A stretch of 64,000 bases of DNA, from contig NC_043005.1 of the NCBI RefSeq assembly GCF_006345805.1, positions 95,480,001 through 95,544,000 on the forward strand, read 5' to 3'. The position numbers and the translations under genes were made by a program. Positions within the stretch are counted from its first letter, which is position 1, and every line of letters begins with the position of its first letter. The notes below the pieces were generated by a model that was given only the letters and a program-made list of their open reading frames with translations, did not search any database and was not told the origin of the DNA. Source of the stretch: Octopus sinensis. Its lineage: Eukaryota. Of the stretch, positions 11,238 through 23,617 are shown one piece after another.

Positions 11238-11514
11238 TTGCAGCGTGGAAGGTGTTTATAAGCCATTTAAGAAACACACAAAAACCGTTAGATACCCTTC
11301 AACATTTAAATTTAATTTGTCAAAATATTTTCATCGCTTTGAAACCATGACCTGTTCACTGACAAAACTTCGTGCTGCACGAAGTTTTGTCCGTGAACAG
11401 GTCGCAGTCTCAAAGCGATGAAAATATTTTGACAAATTAAATTTAAATGTTGAAGGGTATCTAACGGTTTTTGTGTGTTTCTTAAATGGCTTATAAACAC
11501 CTTCCATGCTGCAA
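11238..11514. mobile_element. Foldback/MITE-like near-perfect palindrome (about 138-bp arms, 1-nt centre)
   Basis: ttgcagcgtggaaggtg...cgtgc t gcacg...caccttccatgctgcaa. Confidence 0.8.
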
Positions 11515-11789
11515 TTGTTTTCGTTACAGCACACGATCTCAGATCAAGTCACTCGCTATGCAAGTACATCTCCGTAATGTATTTTTTTTTTGTTTTTTGT
11601 TTTTTGGTTTTTATCAATTGGTTAACCATTTAACCAGCTTACTAATCGATTGTTCGGTCGGTCAATCAGTCAGCTAGGTTTGTCAAAGTCCTTTCGCCAC
11701 CATTCGCGAATACATCGATGACATTCCCTCACTATTCCAGGTATGCTTCAGGACTTCATGCCTGTCTCCTAGTTTACAGGTTATACATT

Positions 11790-11980
11790 TACCATTATTT
11801 TCTGGCATACAAGTCGATGTAGTGTAAACTTGTTAACACTCAAACATATGTCCAAATTCTGCTCCGTTTTACATGGACTTTTTGGTTTTCCAAAGTTATC
11901 GTGGTGCATAAGTTGACCTACCTTTTCATGGCCGTAAATTTAGTTTGAAAAATTCGACTTGTACGCCGGAGAATACGGTG
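11790..11980. mobile_element. Tc1/mariner-pogo-type MITE, diverged
   Basis: Imperfect TIRs taccattattttctggcatacaagtcga / tcgacttgtacgccggagaatacggtg; similar to 47410-47519. Confidence 0.55.
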
Positions 11981-12607
11981 TATCTATATGGAACTGAGGA
12001 AGAATGTGTGAGCATTCACCAACCCATTTATCAAAAATCTGTATGAAATTCATCTGTTAATTATAAATGCAAATAAATTTAATTTCAATTAATTTTAGGG
12101 GACAATACATTCCAATTTCGTGTAAAGAAAAAATGAAGGGAATGAAAAATCTTGTTATGAACACACAGTTACAAACTGGCAAACCAGAGAACATCCATCG
12201 GATAACTATTGTAGTATACAAATTTCGATATAAATAGGTGTAAGTAGTAAACTGTGACTGCGAAGTTGTTCGAGAGCGTGACAAGGGAGACAAGTGTGTC
12301 AGGCCGATAAAGAGCGATAGGATGGACGGTGAAAATATGTTGGAGAAAGATGGCGTAAGGAAGTGTGCATTTGTGAATTATGGGCAGGCACGTATGAAAT
12401 AAATATAGTAGTTTGCGCATGTGCGTCTGAAATTGACCGGTTAATGGTAACTGCAAATAAAATCAATTTCAGTTAATTGCAAGAAGGGTTTTATTTTTTT
12501 CCCAATTTTGAGCAAAAACAAAAAAAAAAACTGAAAAGAATGAAAACTTCGTCAGCTCGAAGCCACAAATTGTCAAACCACACAATACATACCAGACATG
12601 TCTGAAG

Positions 12608-12741
12608 TACGGCTGTGTAGTGAAGAAGCTCGCTTAGGAAGCACGCAGTTTCAAGCAGCACCTTGGGCATTGGTCTTCTACTGTAGCCCCGGACTGGCCT
12701 ATGCCGTGTGTCTGAATTTGGTAGACGGAAACTGTGGAAAC

Positions 12742-12780
<39 letters not shown>

Positions 12781-12870
12781 TATATATATGCGTGTGTGTG
12801 TCTATTTGTGTCTTCCCCCACCCCACCCCAACGCTAGACCGCTGGTGTTGGTTCGCTTCTCTGCTCGCAA
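12608..12870 (+). mobile_element. SINE family B, diverged
   Basis: gcaccttgggc...gtcttctactgtagcccc core, ggtagacggaaactg, internal (TA)n. Confidence 0.7.
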
Positions 12871-13549
12871 CATCTCTAATCTCTGGACAATCCTGATTGA
12901 GTAAACTTATTACCAGAGTCTTTCCAGCTATGACTATCTCGTCTTGCCTTTTTATTTATATATAATTTTTTTCTGACATATCATCCTGGGCTAAATTACC
13001 AACATTCATTCTTCCAGGTTTTAAGAAGTGTATATCAGAAATCTCGGCGTATATTAATTATCTAATATATCTAAAAATGGTAGGCTGAGATTTGAAGGTG
13101 ATTTGCTTGCTTTTTCTAGAGAGTGTTTAGAGACTCCATCATTTAAAAACCATAAAATGTGGCAGCATCTGTTGCAATCCACCTTGTGCAGTGTGTCCTT
13201 GGCCAAAACTCTTAACTATCGAAGGCCCAGTTCACCTATATATATATGGACATTCTACCTCTCTCCACTGGACTTTTTACCTTTAAGGACACTTACTCTC
13301 TGGCTGCACCTCTCCTACACGGATCACAGTGACTTTGTTATTGATGTGAAATCCTTGAAATACACCAAGACGTCTACAAACTTTTGAACTTTTCGTAAAA
13401 CTGTCCCTTTCGTTTTCACTTTATTTTTTTCATATTTTTCTTATATATTAATATTTTTTTACATTTATTACGCCATGATAGATCGTTAACTACTACACAC
13501 TTTTTTTCTCTCCTTGTTTCTCTCCTTGTTTTTTTCTGTGTATCTTTTT

Positions 13550-13588
<39 letters not shown>

Positions 13589-13593
<5 letters not shown>

Positions 13594-14056
13594 ATTAGGG
13601 CTTAGTAAAATAAATTACTTTGCCATATACTGAACTTAGTAGAAATAGCAGCCAAAAAATTTTTTCTTAGCATTTCTACTACTTAAAGAAAAATTTCTCT
13701 CAGATAATGTTTACTCCAGACAGCTCACGAAGGTTTGGGGGTAAATACAGAAAAATATCACAAGTACATAGATCGTTTGAGTGTTTCCAAATCCAAATTA
13801 AGAAATTTTGAGCTGACGAAAGAAATGCTGATTTTATTTGGCTAATCTTGAAACGTTGACGTACTCAAACGATCTATGTACTTGTGATATTTTTCTGTAT
13901 TTACCCCCAAACCTTCGTGAGCTGTCTGGAGTAAACATTATCTAAGAGAAATTTTTCTTTAAGTAGTAGAAATGCTAAGAAAATTTTTTTTGGCTGCTAT
14001 TTCTACTAAGTTCAGTATATGGCAAAGTATTTTATTTTACTAAGCCCTAATTATAT
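13589..14056. mobile_element. Foldback/MITE with about 194-bp inverted arms and 80-bp spacer
   Basis: 13589-13782 is the near-exact reverse complement of 13863-14056; starts at a (TA)n tract. Confidence 0.85.
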
Positions 14057-14209
14057 AATGTAATATTTTGAATTCGCCTTAAATGGTCCTTTTACATACT
14101 GAACACTTGGTGAAACTGATTAATTGATTAATTAATTAATTTTACCCTCAATTGTTGATATATATATATATATTATATATATATATTATATATATATATA
14201 TTATATATA

Positions 14210-14248
<39 letters not shown>

Positions 14249-15637
14249 TAGGCGCTACACAATAAGAACAATTCGCTGTTATAAAACTGAGAAGTGCATC
14301 ACTCTTGTTGCTTGATCTCAGGTCAATACAATGATCAAAAGCATTCCAGTTATGGCCATCTCATCTGTTTTTGAAATGTTCCAAGGATAACTTTATGTAA
14401 AGTGACATTTTCTGTTTTTAAAACGGTATCGTATGACCAGAATTAGATTTTACAGCTATTTCTAACAGGCTGGGCAACCGCATAGAGGACTTTGTGAATG
14501 TCTCATCAGCATGCAGAGTTGATATCAACTTCTGAATGTGTATCTTGGGGAACCATGGTCTTTGTCAAACTGTTTTTGGTAACGACACATATGTTAATCT
14601 GATAGCTTCAATTAGAACTCTCTACTACCCTGATGTGACTCAACACACACGCTATGGGATTTATTCCTGACATGCGCGATGACGTGCCAGGGACGATGAG
14701 TGAATATACATACATGCAACCGCATGTGCACGCACACTCATACAAACACATACTCACACACATATACATAGTGAGACATATGAATATGTAAATACACATC
14801 ATATTTATAAACACACATACACGTACATACCTACGTATATACAGGTATGTTGTGCAAAAACATACTGACATTAATACACATATACATGTGTTTGTGTATG
14901 TGTGTGTGTGCGCGCATAGTGAGAGAGCAAGGGAGAGTGAGACCTTGACAGTGAAAACCGAATATATCTGGCAATGACAGTGACAGCTGGTGTATATCGA
15001 TCATTGGATTATAGGCTTATAATCGCGGGAAAAAAAAGTATTTTATTTATCGATGATAATATTATGAAGTATATTGATCGGAGTATGTAACGAAATGTCA
15101 CTTATTATTTCCTTGACCATACATACATACATACATACATACACACATACATAGAACCATATATATATATACCATATAAACATATAGTCATAAACATATA
15201 CATATATGCATACATAGATGCATATATACATGCATACATATGTGTAGTACATTCATAAATATATATTTACATACATAAGTGCATACACTTGTACATATGT
15301 ACATTGCCGAGTGCAAACACAACAGGTTGGATATCGGTGTCTTAGACAGACGAGAAAAAGTATGTGCTGTCACAAGAAGATCTCTTCGAAAATCAAAGAG
15401 GAAACGAATAACTATGGGCAAGCGCTTGAAAATCTTCAGCTTTTATACCCAGATTATAAATCACATTTATATGCATAATAATTGGAGCATTTGCTTTTAT
15501 TAGTAAATACCTAAGTGACAATCTGGAAAAGCTGGAGTTATCATGAAAACAGATCAGCCCACCGAATTCGCACATTGAAAATACAGTTTATCAACGGAAT
15601 AATGATAATATGCAAGACTTTATATCTAACTATCTAA

Positions 15638-15688
<51 letters not shown>

Positions 15689-15718
15689 GCTAGCTAGCTA
15701 GCTAGCTAGCTAGCTCTC

Positions 15719-15753
<35 letters not shown>

Positions 15754-15760
15754 ATACACA

Positions 15761-15885
15761 GGAGTGGCTGCGTGGTAAGAAGCTTGCTTCCCAACCACAT
15801 GGTTCCGAATGCAATCCCACTGCGTGGCAACTTTAACAAGTGTCTTCTACTATTACCACGGGCCGACCAAACCCTTGCGAGTGGA
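15761..15885 (+). mobile_element. SINE family B head/core, truncated
   Basis: ggagtggctgcgtggtaagaagcttgcttcccaaccacatggttcc... Confidence 0.8.
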
Positions 15886-16320
15886 CGTACTTTCCCTCTA
15901 TACCTCTATACCCGCTCTCCCACCCGTTGATATCCTCATAGACCACATTACGTCCTTATCTCCCGCATATTTCATTGCCTACCACCTCTCTTATCATTTC
16001 TCCCACCATCCCCTGCAACCTCCTTCTCCCCAACTTCCTCTTCATCTTCTCCCACCTCCCTATCCATCAATCTGCAGCTCTTCGGCCTCACACCCTCGGA
16101 CATTCGAGAGTTAGTGACCATTATAGTTGGTAATACCTACTTTCAATATAACGATGTGATTTACAAACAGACTTCCGGCCTACCTATGGGGTCTAGCCTT
16201 TCAGACCTGCTGGCCATCACGTACATGGATAAGCTAGAACGCACAGCACTCAACACCTGCCGCTCATGCATCTTCTTCTCCAGGTACGTTGATGACATCC
16301 TTATCATTAACATATACTGG
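15881..16320 (+). mobile_element. Penelope-like element RT fragment (different subfamily from 6517)
   Basis: VDVLSLYTSIP; NTYFQYNDVIYKQTSGLPMGSSLSDLLAITYMDKLE; FFSRYVDDILII. Confidence 0.85.
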
Positions 16321-16489
16321 ACCTCCAATAACACCGACATAAACATCAAATTCGTGTTGGTGTTCTCCCAGTCAACTGGTACTTTAAACTCTTCGGTTGC
16401 ATATTTGTGTGAATAAAATCGTTTTTCTTTGGAATAGAAAAAAGTCTATCTTTATTTCTTCTTTTGCTGGTGTCTCAAATTTAGGTTAA

Positions 16490-16710
16490 CCCTTTAGTGT
16501 TTAAACTGGCCAAATCCGGCCCAATATATTCTACATGTTTTTTATTCAAACTGGCAATATCTAGCTTCTCACACCTAACCTACAATGCCATTCTAAAAAT
16601 AAACAATCACATCATTGAAACCTCAAAGCTCTAAGATAATCCAGGATTAAGTCAAAACAATTTGAGTGAAAAAGTATTACATTTAACAGAGTAATCTAAA
16701 CATTAAAGGG
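16490..16710. mobile_element. piggyBac-type MITE
   Basis: TTAA|ccctttagtgttta ... taaacattaaaggg|TTAA; diverged copy at about 62740-62955. Confidence 0.8.
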
Positions 16711-16865
16711 TTAAATCAATGTTTCTCAAAAGGGAGGCCTATGGGACGGTCAGACAAGTTGTTTTGAGAAAATTTGGTTTAAATGTTTGACAACTCAGCA
16801 CCGTCCATTGGACGGGGGACGTTTTGCTCGTATATATATATATATATATATACCCCTCTCTCTCT

Positions 16866-16908
<43 letters not shown>

Positions 16909-16909
<1 letters not shown>

Positions 16910-17186
16910 TGTTGTGTCTGGGGAGAGTCATTTTCTTTTTGTGCGTTATAATTTAACACACTCACCGGTAAAATTTCCACATCTCTTTTTTATTTTCCTA
17001 AAATTTTCGTTGCGTCTTGCAACCTTTTCAATAATTTTAACTCTCAAGAGTCAAAACTATTGAAAAAGTTGCAAGATGCAACGAAAATTTTAGGAAAATA
17101 AAAATAAGAAAAAAGTGGAAATTTTACCGGTGAGTGTGTTACATTATAAGGCACAAAAAGAAAATGACTCTCCCCAGACACAACAG
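16909..17186. mobile_element. Foldback near-perfect palindrome (about 135-bp arms)
   Basis: ctgttgtgtctggggagagtc...actctcaagagt...gactctccccagacacaacag; abuts (TA)n. Confidence 0.85.
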
Positions 17187-17300
17187 AATATGCTTCAACA
17201 CACGAACTCATATAAAGAATCTTGCAAACCAAATCCCAAAACGATATATATATATATAATATATATATATACACACACAGCTGCAAAGCCATTACAAAAA

Positions 17301-17338
17301 CTGTTACTCAGAGTTTCACGTTCCCCTTCGTCGGACAG
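17301..17338 (-). ncRNA. Minimal hammerhead motif, U4C variant, weak stem II
   Basis: Minus strand: CUGU CCGACGA aggggaacgu GAAA CUCUGAG UA ACAG. Confidence 0.55.
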
Positions 17339-17533
17339 ATTTTGTTGAGATTCTCAACCAAAACTTTGTAGCTTCATCAATAAAGCATATTTTTCGACCT
17401 CTGGTATTCGAGAACTATTTTTTCCACCTTGTTTCACATTTATGTGCTTACTCTGGTATATATGGATACATACATATATATATATATTTACACACACACA
17501 CACACACACATACATACATTCATATTTGTGTGA

Positions 17534-17567
<34 letters not shown>

Positions 17568-17930
17568 GCAGGAAGGTTGCAATATCCTTTGCTACAAAGG
17601 TCACCGGAAATTTGAATTAGTGTTTTTTTTTCTTTTAATATTATATGTATATAAATTTATATGCTTTTCTTTTAAGATTTTGACTTATGTATCGTATTTG
17701 TACCGGTCGCTAGCCTAATGGCAAGGCTACGAGGGAATAGGGGAAAGAGAAGCGGAACTGAGATATAGAAATATGTAAGATGAGAATGTCACGATTTCTT
17801 TGTATTTTTCTTTTCCCGATGTTTCATCTTTAAATTACATAACTACTGACACGTAATAAACACATATGTCATGTATGTATATATATATATGTATGTATGT
17901 GTGTGTGTGTGTGTGTGTGTGTTTACATAA

Positions 17931-19277
17931 AGTGGATCATGGTATGATATGCCACGAACTGATTTCGGCATAAGTGGAAATGTTGGAGCGTTGTTACACG
18001 ACTTTCTGAAAGATAGAAGTCAAGCAATGGAGGCCAATGGAGCCAGCTCAAGGAAAACACAAATAGTGAGTGGTGTTCCACAGGGCACTGTCTTGGAACC
18101 ACTGCTTTTCATAGTGGCTCTCTCAGATGTGCCCTCAGCTGCCTGCACAGCCACCCTTGCTAGCTACGCAGACGATTCGAAAGTCTCGCAGAAAATGCAG
18201 AAGTCCAGTGATGTTGCACGCCTGCAGGAGGACTCAATTTACAGATGGGCTGAGGATAACAATATGCAGTTTAATGCTGGAAATTTCCAAGCCCTGCGCT
18301 ACCAGCGCCCAAAACTGAATCTTACAGGATACACTGATTCACAGGGGATTACCATCCCAGAGCCTAAATCAGTGCGGGACCTGGGTATCGACGTGAGTGA
18401 TGATACACGTACATACCTACGTATATACAGGTATGTTGTGCAAAAACATACTGACATAAATACACATATACATGTGTTTGTGTGTGTGTGTGTGTGTGCA
18501 TAGTGAGAGAGCAAGGGAGAGTGAGACCTTGACAGTGAAAACCGAATATATCTGTACATTGCCAGGATAACGACAAAGTGCAGACGATTGGCTGGGTGGA
18601 TCCTGAGAACCTTCAGAACCAGAGAGAAGGAAACTATGATGGTCCTCTAGAGGACATTCGTTCTCAGCCACTTGGACTACTGCTCCCAGCTATGGTCACC
18701 CCACAGTATAAAATTAACAGCGGATCTTGAAGCAATCCAGCGTAGCTTCACAAAGAAGATCGTCTCATTGCAACAGATCAGCTACTGAGATAGACTGAAA
18801 CAGAAAAGTCTCTACTCCCTAGAGCGAAGGCGGGAGAGATATGCTGTAATATACATCTGGAAGATCCTGGAAGGGGTTGTGCCAAATTTTGGCATTGAAA
18901 GCTACACAAATGCCAAAACGGTTCGCCACTGCAGAGCGCCAAAAAGCCCCGCAATACCAGCGCGCTTCAGGACCCATTACTGCAACAGTCTGGGTTTCAG
19001 GGACTCACAGATTTCTAATATTCTCCCAATGAACTTGAGGGGCCTACCCAAAGTGTATGCAGGTGTTTTCAAATCAAAACTGGATCTTTTTCTGTCGAGA
19101 GCCCCAAATGAACCTACCTCGCGGCAGGAGGTGCAAATGAGGGCAACGACATCAAACTCCCTTATTTACCAAATGCTACATATCAGACGAGGCTCACAAT
19201 AATACCGGTATAGCAAAACGGCGTTGCCCCAGCATGGCCACAGCTTTGAGCTGAAACTAATAAAACATAAAACATAT
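17931..19277 (+). mobile_element. CR1/L2-group LINE 3' part (RT pseudogene), interrupted at 18403-18554
   Basis: SGVPQGTVLEPLLF, SYADDSK, W...NNMQFN, DLGI, then CRRLAGWILRTF, LDYCSQLWSP, SLERRRERY; stop codons present; short-repeat 3' tail. Confidence 0.9.
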
Positions 19278-19494
19278 ATGTATTACAGTTCTATATTTAA
19301 GTGACGAGGAATTATGTACATTATTTACATTATTTATATATTTGTCCTCATCTTGTTTGTTGTTAACACAACGGGCATATGGTGTAGTGGTTAAGAGCGC
19401 AGGCTACTAACCCTAAGATTCCGAGTTCGATTACAGGCAGTGATCTGAATAACAATAATATGTTACCAGCGTTCTCAATAATCACATATACGTA

Positions 19495-19751
19495 CGTACG
19501 TACGTACGTACGTATGTATGTATGTATGTATGTATGTATGTATGTATGTATGTATGTATGTATGTATGTATGTATGTATGTATGTATGTATGTATGTATG
19601 TATGTATGTATGTATGTATGTATTATGTATGTATGTATGTATGTATGTATGTATGTATGTATGTATGTATGTATGTATGTATGTATGTATGTATGTATGT
19701 ATGTATGTATGTATGTATGTATGTATGTATGTATGTATGTATGTATGTATG
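19495..19751. repeat. (TACG)n then (TATG)n microsatellite
   Basis: Seen directly. Confidence 0.95.
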
Positions 19752-20272
19752 TCCTTTAGCTAACTCTCCATAAAAGAGTTATTTTGACATCCTTGAATCC
19801 TTCATTCTGGCCAGATGACCACTCCATCTGAGCCTTTGCTTTAACACAAGAGCTTCTATACTTTCACACCTAGAGCCTTCCAATATTTCAAGATCACTGA
19901 TGCGGTCCTTCCACTTAATGCCATAGATCGGTCTGAGGCACATCTGATGGAAACGTTCCAGTTGTTTAAGGTGGTATCGATATGTGACCCACGTCTCGCA
20001 GGCATAGAGAAGAGAAGGGAGCACACATGCCTTGTACACCTTTACCTTTGTCTTTCTGCATATGTCTCGCCGACTCCAGAGGTGCTTTTCTAGCCTTCCG
20101 AAAGCAATACTTGCTTTCCTAATTCTATATGGAATTTCATCATCCAAATTGCCATATCTATTAATAGTGCTTCCCAGGTAGACAAACTGATCGACTACAT
20201 CAAGTCGTTTACCATACACATAGATATTTGGTACACTATACTGCTTACCAGGAGCAGGTTGATGCATGACAT
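19752..20272 (-). mobile_element. RTE (BovB-like) LINE, inverted 5' segment (RT thumb region)
   Basis: VMHQPAPG, FVYLGSTI, RIRKASIAFGRL, VLPSLLYACETW, RLRWSGHLARM, then LFYGELAKG. Confidence 0.92.
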
Positions 20273-20875
20273 AAACCAAAAAGGAGGTATAAGGACTTGC
20301 TGAAGGCTTCCTTAAGAGATGCTTGCATCTCTCCTGACACATGGGAAGGCATAGCTATTGATCGTAGCAGGTGGAGAAGGATTGTGCATGAGGGGGGACA
20401 GCCACTTTTGAGAAATCTCGAGTTACAACAGAAAGTAAGGAGGGATGTCAGGAAGAGCATCGCTGTTACACTTCCAGAAGGGAAGGGTCTTCCTTTGATG
20501 CTGACATGCAATGTCTGTGCAAGACCCTGCCTCAGTAAAGCTGGACTCAGGAGTCATCTTCGTAGTCATAAAACGAAACAGATGAGTGACAACCAGGTCA
20601 CTGGTGGTGGTGTAACACACCATACTAATCATATCTGTCGGGCATATGGAAGAGAGTGTAATTCGGCTGGAGGACTTAAACGACATGCAAAGGTACATGA
20701 AGTCCAGTTACAACTACAGCCGGCTATTGCCGGTAAAGGTTTCAGTTGCCAATTTTGTACAAGACATTGTAGATCTTTAGCTGGGCTAAAAAGTCACATT
20801 CGATCACAGCACCAGTAATAGTTAAGCTTCGTGCAATGGCCATACTCGATAACGAGGGGGCAGCCATAATAATAA
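20270..20875 (+). mobile_element. RTE LINE 3' segment with three C2H2-like fingers and (ATA)n tail
   Basis: HKPKRRYKDLLKASL...TWE..AIDRSRWR; CNVC..SHLRSH, CRAY..RHAKVH, CQFC..SHIRSQH; tail atactcgataacgagggggcagccataataat. Confidence 0.88.
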
Positions 20876-20884
20876 TGTGTGTGT

Positions 20885-21510
20885 ATATATCCCCAACCGC
20901 ACCCCCTTCCCCCTCCTTTTCCACCCCTCTACCCTACCCCTTCGTCGCAAGATACTACGTGCCTTCCGTCGCCTCCAGCTTGATCCCACCACCCGCCCCA
21001 TTTTCCCTAACCTACCCCTGTCCTCTTTCAAACGAGCCCGCAATCTGCGTGACCTCCTGGTCCACAGCACCCTCTCTCCTTCCCCCTCAGCCCCACACGG
21101 ATCATTCCCTTGCTCTAGATCCCGCTGCAACACTTGCCCCTTCATCACCAACACCACCGCTGTCACCGGCTCCAACCTGCACACTGTACGCATTAGGCAC
21201 TCTTTTACGTGCACCTCGTCTGGCCTTATTTACTGCATTAAATGCAACCTATGCGGGATGCTGTATGTAGGACAGACGGGACGCCGGTTGTCCGACCGTT
21301 TCACTGAGCACTTAAGGGACGTTCGCCTACACTCTTTTCTCCCGTCGCACGCCACTTCCGCTCGGCCGGCCATTCCCTAGATGACATCTCAGTGTTTGGT
21401 CTCGCCCCCCACAAGGTCGCCCACTTTCCAGGCTCCACTTGGAGCAACGCAATCTTCACCCTACAAACTAACAACCCCACACGGACTTAACACAGCCCCC
21501 TCCTCTTGAG
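20885..21510 (+). mobile_element. Penelope-like element (Neptune-type) GIY-YIG 3' fragment, paralog of 7660-8280
   Basis: FKRARNLRDLLVHS, CSRSRCNTC, FTCTSSGLIYCIKCNLCGMLYVGQTGRRLSDRFTEH. Confidence 0.9.
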
Positions 21511-21539
21511 ATCTGTTTTTTTTTTTTTTTTTTTTTGGC

Positions 21540-22990
21540 ACACCACCCACACACACCCACCACCTGCCTCCCACACGCACACACCCACCCACCTACCTCC
21601 CACACACACCCAACCACCTACCTCCACACACGCCTGTTCACACACACACATACGTAGACCCATCTACGTACATACATTCACACATTAATCACACACACTT
21701 ACAGACATACTAGCACACACTAACATACAAACCAACATGCACATACACACACACATACATACATACGCACACACATACATACTTACACACACATACACAC
21801 ACATACATACGCACATACATACACACACACTCACACACACACACACCGCACGTACATACTTCACACACACACATGCAAACATACATGTAGGCACATACAT
21901 ACATACATGCCCACACATGCACACCCTTACACTGAATGCACACACACATACACCTTTTTGCATCCAGGCAGCCCCCCCCTCTTTTCTGCTTTCCGGTTTT
22001 GGCTGATGGATCCTCGGTTCCCGCGTAGCGGGGCGTTCGAGGGCCTTTGCGCTCGCGCGCCTTGGCGCACACCTACAAGCATACACACACACACACGCAC
22101 GTACACATACATACATACACACACGCATACATACACCCATACACATACAGGCATCCGACACACACATACATACACACTCACACATACATACACACACACA
22201 CACTCACTCACACACCTGTATGTACGCGCACACACATGCACATACACACACTTTCCCACACCCACACGTACATACATACACACTCACACACATACACACA
22301 CACACACACACGGACATACATCTATGCACACACATACATACACACATACTCACATACATTCATCGGACACACTGCCACCCAGACATACACACAGACACAC
22401 TCACACATCCACACACATACATACTTACGCGCATACTCGCAGGCACGCGCACATACGCACTTGCGCCGGCTCGCGCTGCATACGCGCCGCATACACCTCG
22501 CCCTTGGACCTGACGAGACCTCCCGCCTGTTCCTGGGACCGTCGCGTGTCGTTGGGTTTTCCCACGCCTGTCCGCGGTACCACTCTTCCATCTTCCCCTC
22601 AGCTGGAGTCCTTTTTCCTTAAAACCCCCCTTTTTCGTTACACACACGCGCACACATATACACACCTTGCCTATATATATACATCACTCTTACACACATT
22701 CAATCTACTCGCCATTAATACCACCACGACACTGGACACACACACACACTACTACTCAACACACGCTGGCACGCTACATACGCCCCCACCCCTTCCCCTC
22801 CCTCCCTTCCTCCTTCCTTCTTTTTCTTACTACTGACCTCGTCTGCTAGCTGACCACTCGTCTCGCCCTACCCCACACGCCTACACACAGACGCACACAC
22901 TAACACACACATATTTTTTTGTTTTTTCATCTCGCCTCACACACACACATACACACACGCACACGCACACACTCACACATACACACACAT
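21540..22990. repeat. CA/CATA-rich low-complexity tract with embedded GC-rich patches
   Basis: Seen directly; lies between the PLE ORF and a hammerhead-bearing repeat. Confidence 0.85.
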
Positions 22991-23156
22991 CTGTTGGGTT
23001 ACCAACCTTGTCTCCACTCTTTTGCCTTTAAAAACCCACTTTGCTCTTGTTATCGTCAACATCCGCCTTTCACCATGTGCAACTCGTAAACACCAGTCGT
23101 CTTTTTCTCTTTCCCTGTTGCCCGCTCTGGGATCTTTCTTTCCTCTCTTCCTTCTT

Positions 23157-23194
23157 TATGTTTCCGACGAAGAGCTCCGCTCGAAACGTCATAC
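23157..23194 (+). ncRNA. Minimal hammerhead motif, U4C, degenerate stem I
   Basis: CCGACGA A GAGC-ucc-GCUC GAAA CG UC; same repeat family as 25864. Confidence 0.55.
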
Positions 23195-23292
23195 CTCCCT
23201 GCTTCCATCTCCTGAGCGCCTATTAATAATAATACTGTAATTGTTCCTGTTGTTGTTGTTTTTTTGTTTCCCTTTTGGATTAAAATTATATA

Positions 23293-23324
<32 letters not shown>

Positions 23325-23576
23325 CATGATGTTCCTGAGGCCATTTTAGTCTGGTGAGTCGCCCATACAGCTAAGCGCTTTATAGGTGCGAAACCAATGG
23401 TCACTCTCGACCAGCTAAAGCAAACAACTTTGACAATGGCTTTGCTGGCCGAAACTTCGAAGTCACTATCAACAGCATTCTTGTATAAGAATAATAAATT
23501 CGTACTCTACAAAAGTATACAGTAACCCATAAGATTAATGTAAGATTGTTTTTATTGTAACTGAACACAAGAACAA

Positions 23577-23617
<41 letters not shown>

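Noticed and set aside
19373-19447. tRNA-like sequence ggcatatggtgtagtggttaagagcg...gagttcgatt
   Set aside because: Has A and B boxes but poor acceptor and anticodon stems and an (AAT)-type tail; more likely a short tRNA-derived repeat
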